Part shown: positions 10,937 through 21,455 of the stretch, piece by piece
Position numbering within the stretch: position 1 is the first letter of the stretch
Layout of the letters: each line of letters starts with the position of its first letter
Program-made: the position numbers and the translations under genes
The notes under the pieces: model-generated
The model's database searches: none
What the model saw: the letters and a program-made list of their open reading frames with translations, nothing else
What the model was told of the DNA's origin: nothing
Origin: an uncultured Acidobacteriota bacterium
Lineage (GTDB): Bacteria > Acidobacteriota > UBA6911
DNA length: 64,000 bases
Reading direction: 5' to 3'
Assembly (NCBI GenBank): GCA_963827655.1
Contig: CAWHCF010000049.1
Location: 64,001 to 128,000, forward strand

Positions 10937-11635
10937 ATGAATCTGCCCAATGCAATAACCCTAGCCCGCATCTTTCTGGCGCCCCTCGTCGTGGCGGTTT
11001 TGCTCACGACTCGGATCAAGAATTGGGAATTCTGGGGTGTGGGCTTGTTCCTTGCCGCTGCCCTCACCGATATTCTTGACGGCTACCTGGCCAGGCGGCG
11101 CGGGCAGGTTACTACACTCGGGCGACTACTGGACCCCATTGCCGACAAGCTGCTGATCTCATCGGCTTTAATTGCGCTCGTACAGCTAGGCCTGGCGCCG
11201 GCGTGGATGGTCGTAATTATTGTAGGCCGGGAGTTCGCTGTGAGCGGGTTACGCAGCATTGCGGCGTCGGAGGGCTTTACCATTCATGCTTCGCCGCTGG
11301 GAAAAGGGAAAATGGCGGTGCAGGTTGCGGCTGTCGTTGGCCTGATTCTGGCCCGCGGCCGCGGAGGATGGATTCTAGAAACGGCAAACGCGCTTCTCTG
11401 GGTGGTGGTTTTTTTCGCCCTCCTTTCCATGACCCAGTATTTTCGAGAATTCTGGTCCAAGATCGATAGCAGCATTAAGTATCGCGAACGTCGTCGCATT
11501 CGCATTCTGGAGCGACGGCGCTTGATTATGGCCGAGCTGCGCGAGCTCCGGCGATTGCACAAGCTTCAAAGCCCCCGTCGTTCAAGACGGGGCTCGACTG
11601 CCCCTCCCGTAGGCTCCGTGCAGGATTCCGGCTAG
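10937..11635 (+). CDS. pgsA: CDP-diacylglycerol--glycerol-3-phosphate 3-phosphatidyltransferase
   Basis: MNLPNAITLAR and DILDGYLARR..GRLLDPIADK motifs. Confidence 0.92.
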   Translation: MNLPNAITLARIFLAPLVVAVLLTTRIKNWEFWGVGLFLAAALTDILDGYLARRRGQVTTLGRLLDPIADKLLISSALIALVQLGLAPAWMVVIIVGREFAVSGLRSIAASEGFTIHASPLGKGKMAVQVAAVVGLILARGRGGWILETANALLWVVVFFALLSMTQYFREFWSKIDSSIKYRERRRIRILERRRLIMAELRELRRLHKLQSPRRSRRGSTAPPVGSVQDSG

Positions 11636-11682
11636 CTTCCTCGGGCTTGCTTCCGCGTTTGCCTCACCAGCGTCGCACGCCT

Positions 11683-12240
11683 ATGAATTTGCCCCCTCCG
11701 GTCCTGGATGATTCTGCAAAGAATGAGCTCCTGGCGCTGGCGCGCCGTACGCTCGAGAGCTATCTGGCATGCGGTGAAATTCCCGGGTATTTTACCAGTC
11801 GTCTGGAACTGTGCGCGCGTTGCGGCGCGTTCGTTTCTCTTCACCGGGGAAAGGACTTGCGTGGGTGCATCGGCCTCCTGACACCGGACGAGGAGCTCTA
11901 TCGAACTGTTCAGCGCTGCGCTATTTCCTCGGCGGTCGAGGATTCGCGATTTCCGCCGGTCACCTACGAAGAGCTGCCGGAACTCACGATAGAGCTATCG
12001 GTGCTGGCGCCCCTCCAGACTATCAGGGATCCCGTGGAAGTCGAAGTCGGCAGGCACGGTCTCCTGATCTCGCGCGAGGGCCGGCGCGGTTTGTTGCTCC
12101 CGCAGGTCGCGACCGAGAATCGATGGGACCGGGAAACCTTCCTCAGTCAGACCTGTCGCAAAGCAGGCCTTCCTCTCGACGCCTGGCGCGATCCGGATAC
12201 GTCGATCGAGAGTTTCACCGCTCAAGTCTTCTCCGAATGA
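11683..12240 (+). CDS. AMMECR1-domain (AmmeMemoRadiSam system A) protein
   Basis: GAFVSL, LRGCIG, DSRF, GLLLPQVA and CRKAG motifs. Confidence 0.92.
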   Translation: MNLPPPVLDDSAKNELLALARRTLESYLACGEIPGYFTSRLELCARCGAFVSLHRGKDLRGCIGLLTPDEELYRTVQRCAISSAVEDSRFPPVTYEELPELTIELSVLAPLQTIRDPVEVEVGRHGLLISREGRRGLLLPQVATENRWDRETFLSQTCRKAGLPLDAWRDPDTSIESFTAQVFSE

Positions 12241-12267
12241 TCTGAACGTTCCTGGAGTGCGGTCCAA

Positions 12268-12343
12268 GATTCTTGATGTTTCTTCGCGTCTTCGCGGTTA
12301 GCTGCGGAACAAATACCGCCAAGACACGAAGAGACACCAGGAA
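12268..12343. repeat. Palindromic nonamer-array element with core GGTTAGCTGCGGAACAAATACC
   Basis: The two arms are reverse complements; the core is shared with 20377-20400. Confidence 0.8.
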
Positions 12344-12458
12344 CTGGCAGCGCACGGTCGCGCTTGTGCCGGCTCCGGCGATGATTTACATTGTCCGGGC
12401 CGGCATCCAGGTGGATGCGTCTTGCGCCGGCCGCGTTCAATCCAACGAGGAGTCGCAC

Positions 12459-13376
12459 GTGATCATTCCGATTGCTGTAGTCCCCGTCGCAGGGCTGGGA
12501 ACCAGGCTTCTTCCAGCCACCAAATCACAGCCCAAAGAAATGCTTCCGGTGGCTAAAAAGCCGGTGGTCCAGTACGTGGTCGAAGAACTGGAAGCCAATG
12601 ACATAAGGCAGATCCTTTTCATCACAGGCAAAAGCAAGACCTCGATTGAGAACCATTTCGACTTTGATCACGAACTGATGAGAAACCTTCGTGAAGGGGG
12701 AAAGGAAGAACTGCTGGCCGAGCTCGAATACGAAAGGATGCCGATCCAGTTCTTCTTTACACGCCAGCGCCGGCAAAAAGGCCTGGGCGATGCCGTTCTG
12801 TGCGGCCGCCCGTATACGCAGGATTCTCCGTTCGTCGTTGCGCTAGGCGACAGCATCATCGGCCTCAACGGCAGCTCGCAGATTTTAAGCCGAATGGCGC
12901 GGACATTCGAATCCACGGGAGCGGCATGCGTCATTGCGGTCGAATCAGTTCCGCTCGACAGCGTCTCCTCATACGGAATCGTCAAGCCCGGAGATTCGTT
13001 GAGTGAGTTGATAAGAGACTCCCGCGGCGCGAACGGCGACGTGTTTGTCATCGAGGATGTTACGGAAAAACCGTCACCCGAGTCTGCACCCAGCAACCTG
13101 GCCATCGCGGCGCGTTACATCTTTTCTCCTGAGATCTATCCCGCGCTCGAGAAAACTCCGCCGGGTAAAAACGGGGAGATTCAACTCACCGACGCGATTC
13201 AGATTCTTTTGCAGGCGGGAAGGAGAATTGTCGGCGTTCGATTGGCGCCGGAAGAACGGCGCTACGATATCGGCAATTTTGAAAGCTACTTCGAAGCATT
13301 CATCGAGTTCGCCATTGCCGACCCGCAGCTTGGGCCGACGCTTCGTAAGAACTTGCCCCGATTGCTGGCAAGGTGA
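12459..13376 (+). CDS. GalU-family UTP--sugar-1-phosphate uridylyltransferase
   Basis: VAGLGTRLLPATK.QPKEMLP, GLGDAV, EKP and GEIQLTDAI motifs; GTG start after GAGGAG. Confidence 0.9.
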   Translation: MIIPIAVVPVAGLGTRLLPATKSQPKEMLPVAKKPVVQYVVEELEANDIRQILFITGKSKTSIENHFDFDHELMRNLREGGKEELLAELEYERMPIQFFFTRQRRQKGLGDAVLCGRPYTQDSPFVVALGDSIIGLNGSSQILSRMARTFESTGAACVIAVESVPLDSVSSYGIVKPGDSLSELIRDSRGANGDVFVIEDVTEKPSPESAPSNLAIAARYIFSPEIYPALEKTPPGKNGEIQLTDAIQILLQAGRRIVGVRLAPEERRYDIGNFESYFEAFIEFAIADPQLGPTLRKNLPRLLAR

Positions 13377-13464
13377 TTCTCCCGATTAGGTGCCCCTATC
13401 ACGCGATGTCTGGTCCGGCGGTTAGTGCCTCAAAGCAAAACCAGCGTCAGGATGGAAGAATCGA

Positions 13465-14460
13465 ATGAAAATAATCAAGGCGGTCGCACACGCTCGAGCG
13501 GCTCTGATCGGGAATCCCTCGGACGGTTACTTTGGCCGGACCATCTCGCTCATCGCCCGAAACTTCGGCGCTCGGGTCGTGGTCTATGAATGGCCTGAAC
13601 TGGAGATCATCCTTAGCCGCCAGGACCGCTGCTGTTTTGACCGGCTGGGCGATCTGGTCCAGGATGTGAAACTGAATGGATACTATGGCGGCCTGCGCCT
13701 CATCAAGGCAGCCATCAAGAGTTTCGCAGAGTATTGCGAGAAAAAGGGAATCACGCTCCCGGCTCGAAATTTTGCGCTCCGCTACGAAACCGATATCCCG
13801 CGGCAGGTCGGCCTGGCGGGCTCGAGTGCGATCGTCACCTCGGTGTTCCGGGCGCTCATGGATTTCTATCAGGTTTCGATACCGAGGGAGGTCTTGCCCA
13901 ACTTGACTCTGGCGGTTGAAACCGGGGAGCTGAGTATCTCGGCAGGTCTGCAAGATCGCGTGACCCAGGTTTATGAAGGTCTCGTGTACATGGATTTTGA
14001 CCGCCGGTACATGGAGGAGCGAGGTCACGGCCAGTACGAACCGCTCGACCCGGCGTTGTTGCCCCCGGTATTTGTGGCCTACAGAACCGACTTGAGCGAA
14101 ATATCGGGCGTTTTTCACAACAACATACGCGCGCGCTGGGAAGCCGGAGAGCCTGCGGTTGTCGACGCGATGACCCACGTGGCTGACCTGGCCCTGGAGG
14201 GAAAGAAGTGCCTGCTTCAGAAAAACCATCGAAGACTGGGCGAGCTGATCAATGAAAACTTCGATACTCGGGCGAGCATCTACAAGTTGGATCCGCGCAA
14301 TGTCGAAATGGTGATGCAGGCGCGTCGTTTAGGTGCCCCGGCGCACTATGCCGGCTCGGGAGGATCCATCCTTGGTATTTACCAGGACGAAAGCATGCTG
14401 GCCGCGCTCCGCCGCGCTTTTGACTCGCTCGGCTGCCGCCTGTTTATTCCCAGCGTCTAG
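13465..14460 (+). CDS. GHMP kinase, plant glucuronokinase-like
   Basis: [50 protein letters not shown] and GSGG match plant glucuronokinase motifs as recalled. Confidence 0.85.
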   Translation: MKIIKAVAHARAALIGNPSDGYFGRTISLIARNFGARVVVYEWPELEIILSRQDRCCFDRLGDLVQDVKLNGYYGGLRLIKAAIKSFAEYCEKKGITLPARNFALRYETDIPRQVGLAGSSAIVTSVFRALMDFYQVSIPREVLPNLTLAVETGELSISAGLQDRVTQVYEGLVYMDFDRRYMEERGHGQYEPLDPALLPPVFVAYRTDLSEISGVFHNNIRARWEAGEPAVVDAMTHVADLALEGKKCLLQKNHRRLGELINENFDTRASIYKLDPRNVEMVMQARRLGAPAHYAGSGGSILGIYQDESMLAALRRAFDSLGCRLFIPSV

Positions 14461-14468
14461 TTTAAGCA

Positions 14469-14578
14469 GAAAGTAAAAAGTGCTGAGTGGAAAGCATTTA
14501 AAGTGTATACTCGGCACTGTTACCGGAATTGGTTGGACTGCTTCCGTTGTTGACTCAGCACTATTTTTACTCAGCACT
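14469..14578. repeat. Inverted AGTGCTGAGT / ACTCAGCACT arrays
   Basis: Same unit as at 39999-40055. Confidence 0.7.
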
Positions 14579-14597
14579 AGTTTACTGGAGTAGGTAG

Positions 14598-15626
14598 ATG
14601 AAGTACCTGGTTACGGGTGGAGCAGGCTTCATCGGGTCGCACTTGACCGAGAAGCTCTTGAGCCGGGGCGATGAGGTCTGCGTCATAGATGATCTTTCGA
14701 CGGGCAGCATGAGTAACGTTAAACACCTCGAAGCGCAGCCGGCCTTCAGGCACGTGCTGGATACCGTGTTGAACTGGCGCTTGATGGCGGAACTTGTCGA
14801 CGGGGCAGACGTCGTCTTCCATCTGGCCGCAGCGGTGGGGGTACGGCTGATCGTGGAAAGCCCGGTGAGGACTATCGAAACCAATATAAGGGGAACCGAG
14901 ATTGTCCTTTCGCTTGCGGCCAGGAAGAGAAAACCTGTGGTTATCTTTTCAACCTCGGAGGTTTATGGCAAATCCAGCCGGGCGAGTTTCTGTGAAACGG
15001 ATGATTTGATCCTTGGACCGACCTTGAAAGGAAGATGGAGTTATGCCGCTTCCAAGATCATCGACGAGTTTCTGGCGCTCGCGTATTTCAAGGAAAAGAA
15101 GCTGCCGGTAGTCATAATTCGCCTGTTCAATACGGTGGGGCCGCGCCAGACGGGGCGGTACGGGATGGTTGTTCCCAGCTTTGTGAGCCAGGCTTTAAAT
15201 GGCGAGCCTATTACGGTTTATGGCGATGGAAAGCAGACCCGTAGCTTCACCCACGTCAAAGATGCCGTCGGGGCGATTTTGAAACTGGTGGAGCATCCGG
15301 AGGCTGTCGGAGAGATTTTCAACATCGGTGGAGTTGATGAAATCACCATTGAGGGTCTGGCTCATACGGTCAAAGACCTCCTTCAAAGCCCCTCAACGAT
15401 CACATACATTCCTTACGATAAAGCCTACGAACAAGGATTCGAGGACATGAGAAAGCGCGCTCCGGACATCAGCAAGATCGAACGAATAATCGGGTATAAA
15501 CCCCGTTACGGTCTCGGCGACATCATCGCCGATGTGGCGGAATATCAGAAACTCCAGCGCGCGTCCGTAGCGCCGTTGACGCCTTCCCAAATACCATTAA
15601 GACGCGAAGACACGAAGAAACACTAA
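14598..15626 (+). CDS. Extended SDR NDP-sugar decarboxylase/epimerase (ArnA/UXS/UAXS-like)
   Basis: GGAGFIG, FSTSEVYG, RWSYAASK and RLFNTVGPRQ motifs. Confidence 0.85.
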   Translation: MKYLVTGGAGFIGSHLTEKLLSRGDEVCVIDDLSTGSMSNVKHLEAQPAFRHVLDTVLNWRLMAELVDGADVVFHLAAAVGVRLIVESPVRTIETNIRGTEIVLSLAARKRKPVVIFSTSEVYGKSSRASFCETDDLILGPTLKGRWSYAASKIIDEFLALAYFKEKKLPVVIIRLFNTVGPRQTGRYGMVVPSFVSQALNGEPITVYGDGKQTRSFTHVKDAVGAILKLVEHPEAVGEIFNIGGVDEITIEGLAHTVKDLLQSPSTITYIPYDKAYEQGFEDMRKRAPDISKIERIIGYKPRYGLGDIIADVAEYQKLQRASVAPLTPSQIPLRREDTKKH

Positions 15627-15627
15627 G
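15588..15627. repeat. Nonamer-array repeat encoding the SDR C-terminus and stop
   Basis: CAAATACCATTAAGACGCGAAGACACGAAGAAACACTAAG. Confidence 0.75.
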
Positions 15628-15629
15628 GA

Positions 15630-15718
15630 CTAAGGTTCGTTCGGGGACTTCGCCCCGAACGAAAGCCCCTTTTGAACGACAACATGTTTGGTTTGAACGT
15701 TTCACCAAGCGCCTAAGA
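15630..15718. repeat. Dispersed element of about 88 bp with a TTCG-loop hairpin (copy 1)
   Basis: Near-identical to 53250-53336; bounded by CTAAG. Confidence 0.85.
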
Positions 15719-15771
15719 CTGGCGGTCGAAGTCTTGATGTTCGAACGGGGGACCGATAATATCAAGGGACC

Positions 15772-17142
15772 ATGGATGATAAGTTAACTCAGGACTTGAA
15801 GTCGCTCAAGATCGATCGCGGTCAGAAGGCGAGCGGAGGCGGCAGTCGGAAAAAGCTGCTCGTCGTGGGCGGGCTTTTGTCGGTGGCCGTGCTCGTGGCG
15901 GCGGTTCTAAGTTTCGTGCCCGAAAAAGCCGGCTTGACGAGTCTTGGAGCCAAGCCTCGCGAAGTGCAGACAGTCATGGTTGTCCGGCAGTCGCCCTCGG
16001 CCGACACCGTGGTGCTCACAGCGGGAGGATACATTATTCCGCGCCACCGGATCGATATCGCATCAAAGCTGAGCGGGCAAGTCGAGGAAGTTCTCTTCGA
16101 GAAGGGCGACGTGGTGAAGGCAGGGCAGGTTCTGGCGCGGCTCGACGATCGTGAGATTCGCGCGCAGCTGGCACAGGCCCGGGCCAATCGCCAGGCGACC
16201 CAGGCGCGTCTGGACGAGGCTGTAACGGGCTCGCGGCCGCAGGAACTGCAACGCGCGCAGGCCACGCTGGAGCAGGCGGAAGCCAATCTTCGAACCAGCA
16301 AGCTGAACCTTGATCGCGCCCGGCAGCTCAACCAGACCGGCGTCTGGGCCAAGCAAGCGCTTGACGATGCCCAGAACAATTATGATGTCGCAGCCGCTCA
16401 AGCCAAGGTCGCCCGCGAGAACTACGAACTCACGCGCATCGGCCCGCGCAAGGAGCAAATCGAGCTGTCCCGGGCTCAAGTCGCTGAAGCGGATGCCACG
16501 ATTCGCTGGTGGGAAACGCAGCTCGAGAACGCCGTGATTCGGGCACCGGTCGACGGCACGATATCTGGACCGGGGAGTCGAGAAGGGTGAAATGCTGACT
16601 ACCGGGATTCTACGGCGGCGGACGGGGTCCCAAAGCCAGGCCTCGGGAGCCTGGCAGACCTGAAGGAACTCGAGGTCGAGCTCGACATCAACGAGGCTGA
16701 TATTTCTCGCGTCCATTCTGGCCAGGAATGCACGGTGTCACCGGACTCCTATCCGGATCGGAAATACAAGGCTCGAGTCCGCGAAATCGCGCCCGAGGCA
16801 AACCGCCAGAAGGCGACTATCCAGGTAAAAGTAGCCATCGAGTCGCCCGACAAATACCTCCGGCCGGAGACCAACGCGAAAGTGAATTTCCTGGAAGAGT
16901 CCAAGCCATCGGCCGGCGAAGATCGGATTCTGATTCCCAAATCGGCCGTCGCCGACTCTCAAGGCGCCTCGTCTGTCTACCTGATCAAAGATGGACGGGC
17001 CGCGCGCCAGAGTATCAAGACCAGCAAGGAACTCGGGGGACAGATCGAGGTAGTTTCCGGACTGGTCGGTGGAGAGCAGCTGATTGTGCGCGGCCTCGAG
17101 GGGATTACGGATGGAGAGAGGGTGACGGTGAAGCACAACTGA
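15772..17142 (+). CDS. MacA/HlyD-type periplasmic adaptor; frameshifted at about 16560-16650
   Basis: N-terminal [29 protein letters not shown]; C-terminal beta barrel in ORF 16735-17142. Confidence 0.85.
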
Positions 17143-17188
17143 CAAACGATTGAATGACGATGTGACCAAGGGCGCACATGGAGTATTC

Positions 17189-17887
17189 ATGCCTGATGCA
17201 CTGGTGAGAATCTCGAACCTGAGCAAAGTGTTCAAACGCGACAACGAAAAAGTGGTGGCGCTGGAGGAATGCTCGCTCGACATTTCGAAAGGCGAATTTC
17301 TGGCCCTGATGGGACCCTCGGGGTCCGGCAAGACTACGCTCCTGAACATCATCGCCGGTATCGATCGGCCGACCACCGGGGAAGTCGAGGTGGATGGTAT
17401 CAGGATCGCATCGATGTCCGATCGCGAGCTGGCCCACTGGCGCAACACCCACATCGGATTCGTTTTTCAATCCTTCAACCTGATTCCCGTGCTCACGGCT
17501 TTCGAAAACGTGGAGCTGCCGCTCCTGCTCACCCGGCTGAGCAAGCCGGAGAGGCACGATCACGTCAAGACGGCTTTGCGTCTGGTCGGCCTGGAGGACC
17601 GGATGAAGCATTATCCCCGCCAGCTCTCCGGAGGTCAGGAGCAGCGGGTTGCCATTGCGAGAGCCATTGTCACCGATCCGACACTCCTCCTCGCCGACGA
17701 GCCCACGGGAGACCTGGACGCTCACGCGGCTCAGGAGATCATGAATCTCCTCGAGCGGTTGAATAAGGAATTCGGAAAATCGGTCGTCATGGTTACCCAT
17801 GATGCCAGGGCGGCGCATCATGCGACGAGCAGACGATACCTGGATAAGGGAGTGTTGTTGAAAGACGGGCAGCTCCCGGGGGCTTGA
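17189..17887 (+). CDS. LolD/MacB-type ABC ATPase
   Basis: [23 protein letters not shown] and VTHD motifs. Confidence 0.93.
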   Translation: MPDALVRISNLSKVFKRDNEKVVALEECSLDISKGEFLALMGPSGSGKTTLLNIIAGIDRPTTGEVEVDGIRIASMSDRELAHWRNTHIGFVFQSFNLIPVLTAFENVELPLLLTRLSKPERHDHVKTALRLVGLEDRMKHYPRQLSGGQEQRVAIARAIVTDPTLLLADEPTGDLDAHAAQEIMNLLERLNKEFGKSVVMVTHDARAAHHATSRRYLDKGVLLKDGQLPGA

Positions 17888-17930
17888 TGGGTCGCGGACG
17901 CCCCGATAGTAGGCACTCCTCAGCAGGGGG

Positions 17931-19080
17931 ATGGTCATGAAGTACTTTCGCATCATATGGAAAAACTGCATGCGCAACAAACGGCGCACGATTCTCACCG
18001 TCCTCAGCGTCGGGTTCTCGCTCTTTCTGGTCACGTTCCTGCGTACTCTGATGGTCGAGTTCAGCCGGACCAACGAAACGCCGACTGCCGTCCGCCGCAT
18101 CGCGGTGCACCGATCCACTTCCCTGCAGGAGGATATGCCCGAGGCTTATCGGAAGAGAATCGAGACGGTCCAGGACGTCGACCGGGTCGTCGGTATGGAT
18201 TGGTTTGGAGGTATTTACAAGGAGCCCAAAAACTTCTTCGCTAACTTCGCGGTCGAGCACGAAGACTTCTTCGACGTTTTCCCCGAAGTTCGTCTGGACA
18301 CCGCCGCCAAGCAGGCGTTCTTCGCCCAGCGCACGGCTGCATTCTGCGGAGTGAAACTGGCCGAGCGATTCGGCTGGAAGGTGGGGGACAAGGTCACGCT
18401 TCTGGGAACGATCTACCCTGCGGATCTCGAATTCATCCTGGTAGGGTTCTACACCAGCGCCGTTGATGAACGGACCTTCTACTTCCGGCGTGATTACATG
18501 CAGGAAGCGCTCGGAAAACCGGGAAAGGTGGGGGTCTTCTTTGTGCTGGCGCGGTCGCTGGAGGCCACGCCCGCGGGTCATCGAGAGAATTGACAGCATG
18601 TTTCGCAACACCGACGCCGAAACACTGAGCGAGACCGAGCGCGCCTTCCAGGCCGGATTCCAGACCATGATGGGAAATGTCCAGGGCCTGGTTCTTTCAA
18701 TCATGAGCGTGGTCGTTTTCATGATACTGCTCGTGGTTGGAAATGCCATGGCGATGAGCATCCGCGAACGTTCGCACGAAATTGCCATCATGAAGTCGCT
18801 CGGATTCCAGAACGAGTCCCTGATCGGCATCCTTTTGAGCGAATCGCTCTTAATCTCGCTGATGGGCGGCATTGTTGGCTGTTTCGGGGCCATAGTCCTG
18901 TTTCGCGCCATCGACATGACGCGCCTGAGCCAGGGATTTCTGCAGCAATTCCAAGTCGAGCCTTTGACACTGGCGCTTGGTTTTGGTGTCGCTCTGGGAG
19001 TGGGCATCATCAGCGGCGGGCTACCCGCTGTTCATGTGGTGCGATTAACGGTCTCCGATGGCCTGCGGCGCGTCGGGTGA
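17931..19080 (+). CDS. MacB/FtsX-type ABC permease; frameshifted near 18575
   Basis: RNKRRTILT at the N-terminus; ER..EIAIMKSLGF in the second frame. Confidence 0.85.
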
Positions 19081-19081
19081 T

Positions 19082-19168
19082 ACGATTTACGATTGACGAT
19101 TGACGATTGACGATTGAAAAACGTCCTTCGACTCCAGATCGTCAATCGTCAATCGTCAATCGTAAATT
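19082..19168. repeat. Inverted heptamer arrays (GATTGAC)n / (GTCAATC)n
   Basis: Five units, a spacer of about 20 nt, then four inverted units. Confidence 0.9.
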
Positions 19169-19171
19169 GAG

Positions 19172-20335
19172 ATGGCGATACCACTGAAGTACAACATTCG
19201 AAATCTCTTCGTGCGGAAAGTGTCGACCGCTATGACCGTCTTCAGCATTTCGCTGGTCGTGGCCGTCTTCATGGCCCTGATGGCGCTGGCTACCGGAATG
19301 GATAAGACGTTCACTTCCTCGGGCGATCCGCGCAATGTTCTGGTCATCCGAAAGAGCGCCCAGGTCGAGACCAACAGTACAGTCAGGAAATCCGAGTACC
19401 AGATCATCCGGTATCTTCCTGGAATCGATACGGGGGCAAATGGTCAACCGCAGCTCTCTCCCGAGGTCATCGTGCTCCTGAATATTCCGCGGCGCGGCGA
19501 GCAGCTGGGCGCAAACGTGATCGTACGCGGCGTTGGCCCTGAGGGCTTCGAGCTGCGCCCGCAGCTGCGCATGGTCAAAGGCCGCCTCTTTCGACCCGGC
19601 TTGCGCGAGATGATTGTTTCCCTGAATATCGCGGGCCGGTTTCAAAACACCGACGTGGGAAACCAGATGAAGTTTGGCAAGGGAATGTGGACGGTCGTGG
19701 GCCATTTCGACGCCTCGCGCACCGCTTTTGATAGCGAGATGTGGGCGGACGTGGACGAGTTGGTTAACGAGTTCGGGCGCGAGGGCTATTCCTCGTTGCT
19801 CCTGCGCAGTCGTGACCCGAAGGCCCAGAAAGAACTGATCTCGCAGATCGACGGCGATCGACGGCTTTCGGTGGAAGCATTCTCGGAGCGCGAGTACTAC
19901 GACAAACAAACGATCGCGGCAATCGGTATCAAGACGCTGGCGACTCTCATGACGATCTTCATGGGGATCGGAGCGTGCTTTGCAGCCATGAACACAATGT
20001 ACGCGGCGGTTTCGAACCGTACGCGGGAGATTGGAACCATGCGCGCCATCGGCTTCTCACGCGCCAGCATCCTCCTCTCTTTCCTGATTGAGGCGGTGCT
20101 GCTGGCCCTGGTAGGCGGCGCCGTGGGGTGTCTCCTGGCCCTGCCTATCAACGGGATTACTACCGGGTCGGCCAACTTCAGCACTTTCAGCGAGGTCACC
20201 TACAACTTCAGAATCACTTTTCCCCTGATCGCCACTGCGCTGGCTCTGTCTGGATTCCTGGGTGTTATCGGGGGATTTCTGCCCGCGCGAACCGCCGCCA
20301 GGCAGCCCATCATCGAGGCGTTAAGAAGCATGTAG
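19172..20335 (+). CDS. MacB/FtsX-type ABC permease
   Basis: NTMYAAVSNRTREIGTMRAIGF and C-terminal PARTAAR. Confidence 0.9.
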   Translation: MAIPLKYNIRNLFVRKVSTAMTVFSISLVVAVFMALMALATGMDKTFTSSGDPRNVLVIRKSAQVETNSTVRKSEYQIIRYLPGIDTGANGQPQLSPEVIVLLNIPRRGEQLGANVIVRGVGPEGFELRPQLRMVKGRLFRPGLREMIVSLNIAGRFQNTDVGNQMKFGKGMWTVVGHFDASRTAFDSEMWADVDELVNEFGREGYSSLLLRSRDPKAQKELISQIDGDRRLSVEAFSEREYYDKQTIAAIGIKTLATLMTIFMGIGACFAAMNTMYAAVSNRTREIGTMRAIGFSRASILLSFLIEAVLLALVGGAVGCLLALPINGITTGSANFSTFSEVTYNFRITFPLIATALALSGFLGVIGGFLPARTAARQPIIEALRSM

Positions 20336-20350
20336 TTCACGCCGTAAGCA

Positions 20351-20490
20351 CGTGTCTCGTGTCTTCGCGTCGTTGTGGTTAGGGCTGCGGAACAAATACC
20401 ACTAAGACTCAAAGACACGAAGAAACACTAAGGATCTTTGCCCCAAACAAGGCCTTACTGAACGATAACACTGGGAACTTCGAAGGCCTA
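20351..20490. repeat. Palindromic nonamer-array element followed by a decayed copy of the 88-bp element
   Basis: Arms at 20351-20380 and 20398-20432; 20428-20490 aligns loosely to 15630 and 53250. Confidence 0.7.
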
Positions 20491-21139
20491 CGTTGGGTTT
20501 CTGCTTGCCTTGCTTCTCTCCCTTTCTTGCGCCGCGGGAGCCATATCCGTATTTCGCGAGCTCTTTGTGCAGTCTCTTGCGGCCGCGGTGGACCCGGTTC
20601 ACGATATTCTGATAGCGCTCCGGATGCAACGCTCCCGCAATCTCATTGATCGGGAGCCCGGAAACCAGGAGTTCCATAACGGCTCGCTCGCGAGTCGGAA
20701 ATTTTTCGAGAATAGCGTCGACCAGAGCTCGCAGTTCCCTGAAGTGCATGGTCGATTCTGCCGCGGGCGGAGACCGAGTGAGGTATAACATGACATCGCT
20801 CAGGAATTCACGCCGCAAGGCAGAGTAGCGCTGTTCCCGGCGATAGTAGTTTCCGACCTTCTTGCGGAGAATGCCCATGCCCCAGACCAGCAGTCCCTTC
20901 TCCAGTTCGATTTCGGGGCACTTCTCGGTCATAGTCAGGAGCGTTTCCTGGACCAGATCTTCGGCATCCTCCGGGTTGTCGATTCGTAGAGCGGTCAGTT
21001 TACGAAGTACCATGCGGATGCGAGCGAGCTCTTCGGCCGGCCACTCGCTTAACTCCGCAAGCGATGAGCGCGTGGAAAGCGGCACCTCCTGGAATTGAGT
21101 TGAGCATCGAGGGAGAGAAGGACTTGCGATTTTCGACAC
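20402..21139 (-). CDS. ECF-type sigma70 factor
   Basis: DAEDLVQETLL (region 2), EIAGAL..VNRVHRGRKRL (region 4); the tail runs into repeats. Confidence 0.8.
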   Translation of the reverse strand: MSKIASPSLPRCSTQFQEVPLSTRSSLAELSEWPAEELARIRMVLRKLTALRIDNPEDAEDLVQETLLTMTEKCPEIELEKGLLVWGMGILRKKVGNYYRREQRYSALRREFLSDVMLYLTRSPPAAESTMHFRELRALVDAILEKFPTRERAVMELLVSGLPINEIAGALHPERYQNIVNRVHRGRKRLHKELAKYGYGSRGARKGEKQGKQKPNVGLRSSQCYRSVRPCLGQRSLVFLRVFES

Positions 21140-21297
21140 ACCTCAGCCCTCCAATCGAAAATAGGATTGTCGAGCCGTGGATCAGAAAAGGGCTACGGGC
21201 GGGCGACAATGCCGTCCCGGAGCGGAGCCCACGGGCGCAGGTGCCGGAATCTGGCTCGAGACGATGTGAGTTCGAGGTAGTCTGAGGGAACGCAGCG

Positions 21298-21326
21298 AAG
21301 GTAAGACTGAGCGAAGTGAGAGTCAA
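21298..21326 (-). promoter_or_regulatory. Putative sigma70 promoter of the ECF sigma gene
   Basis: TTGACT-N17-TACCTT. Confidence 0.5.
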
Positions 21327-21455
21327 GAGTTTTTTCTGAGGGCTTTCGTTTTTTCGCGGTCTCGCGTCTCTAAATGAGGACCGTTCACCCCCGATGCGAG
21401 GACGCCGGGAAAGGCGAAGGCGTGATGGTAAGGAACAGTCAATCGGAGAGCCTGC

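Noticed and set aside
11683-12240. Complete AmmeMemoRadiSam system
   Set aside because: Only the A protein is present; no Memo or radical SAM gene is in the window.
19082-19168. Heptamer or nonamer arrays as CRISPR
   Set aside because: No 23-47 bp direct repeats with regular unique spacers, and no cas genes.
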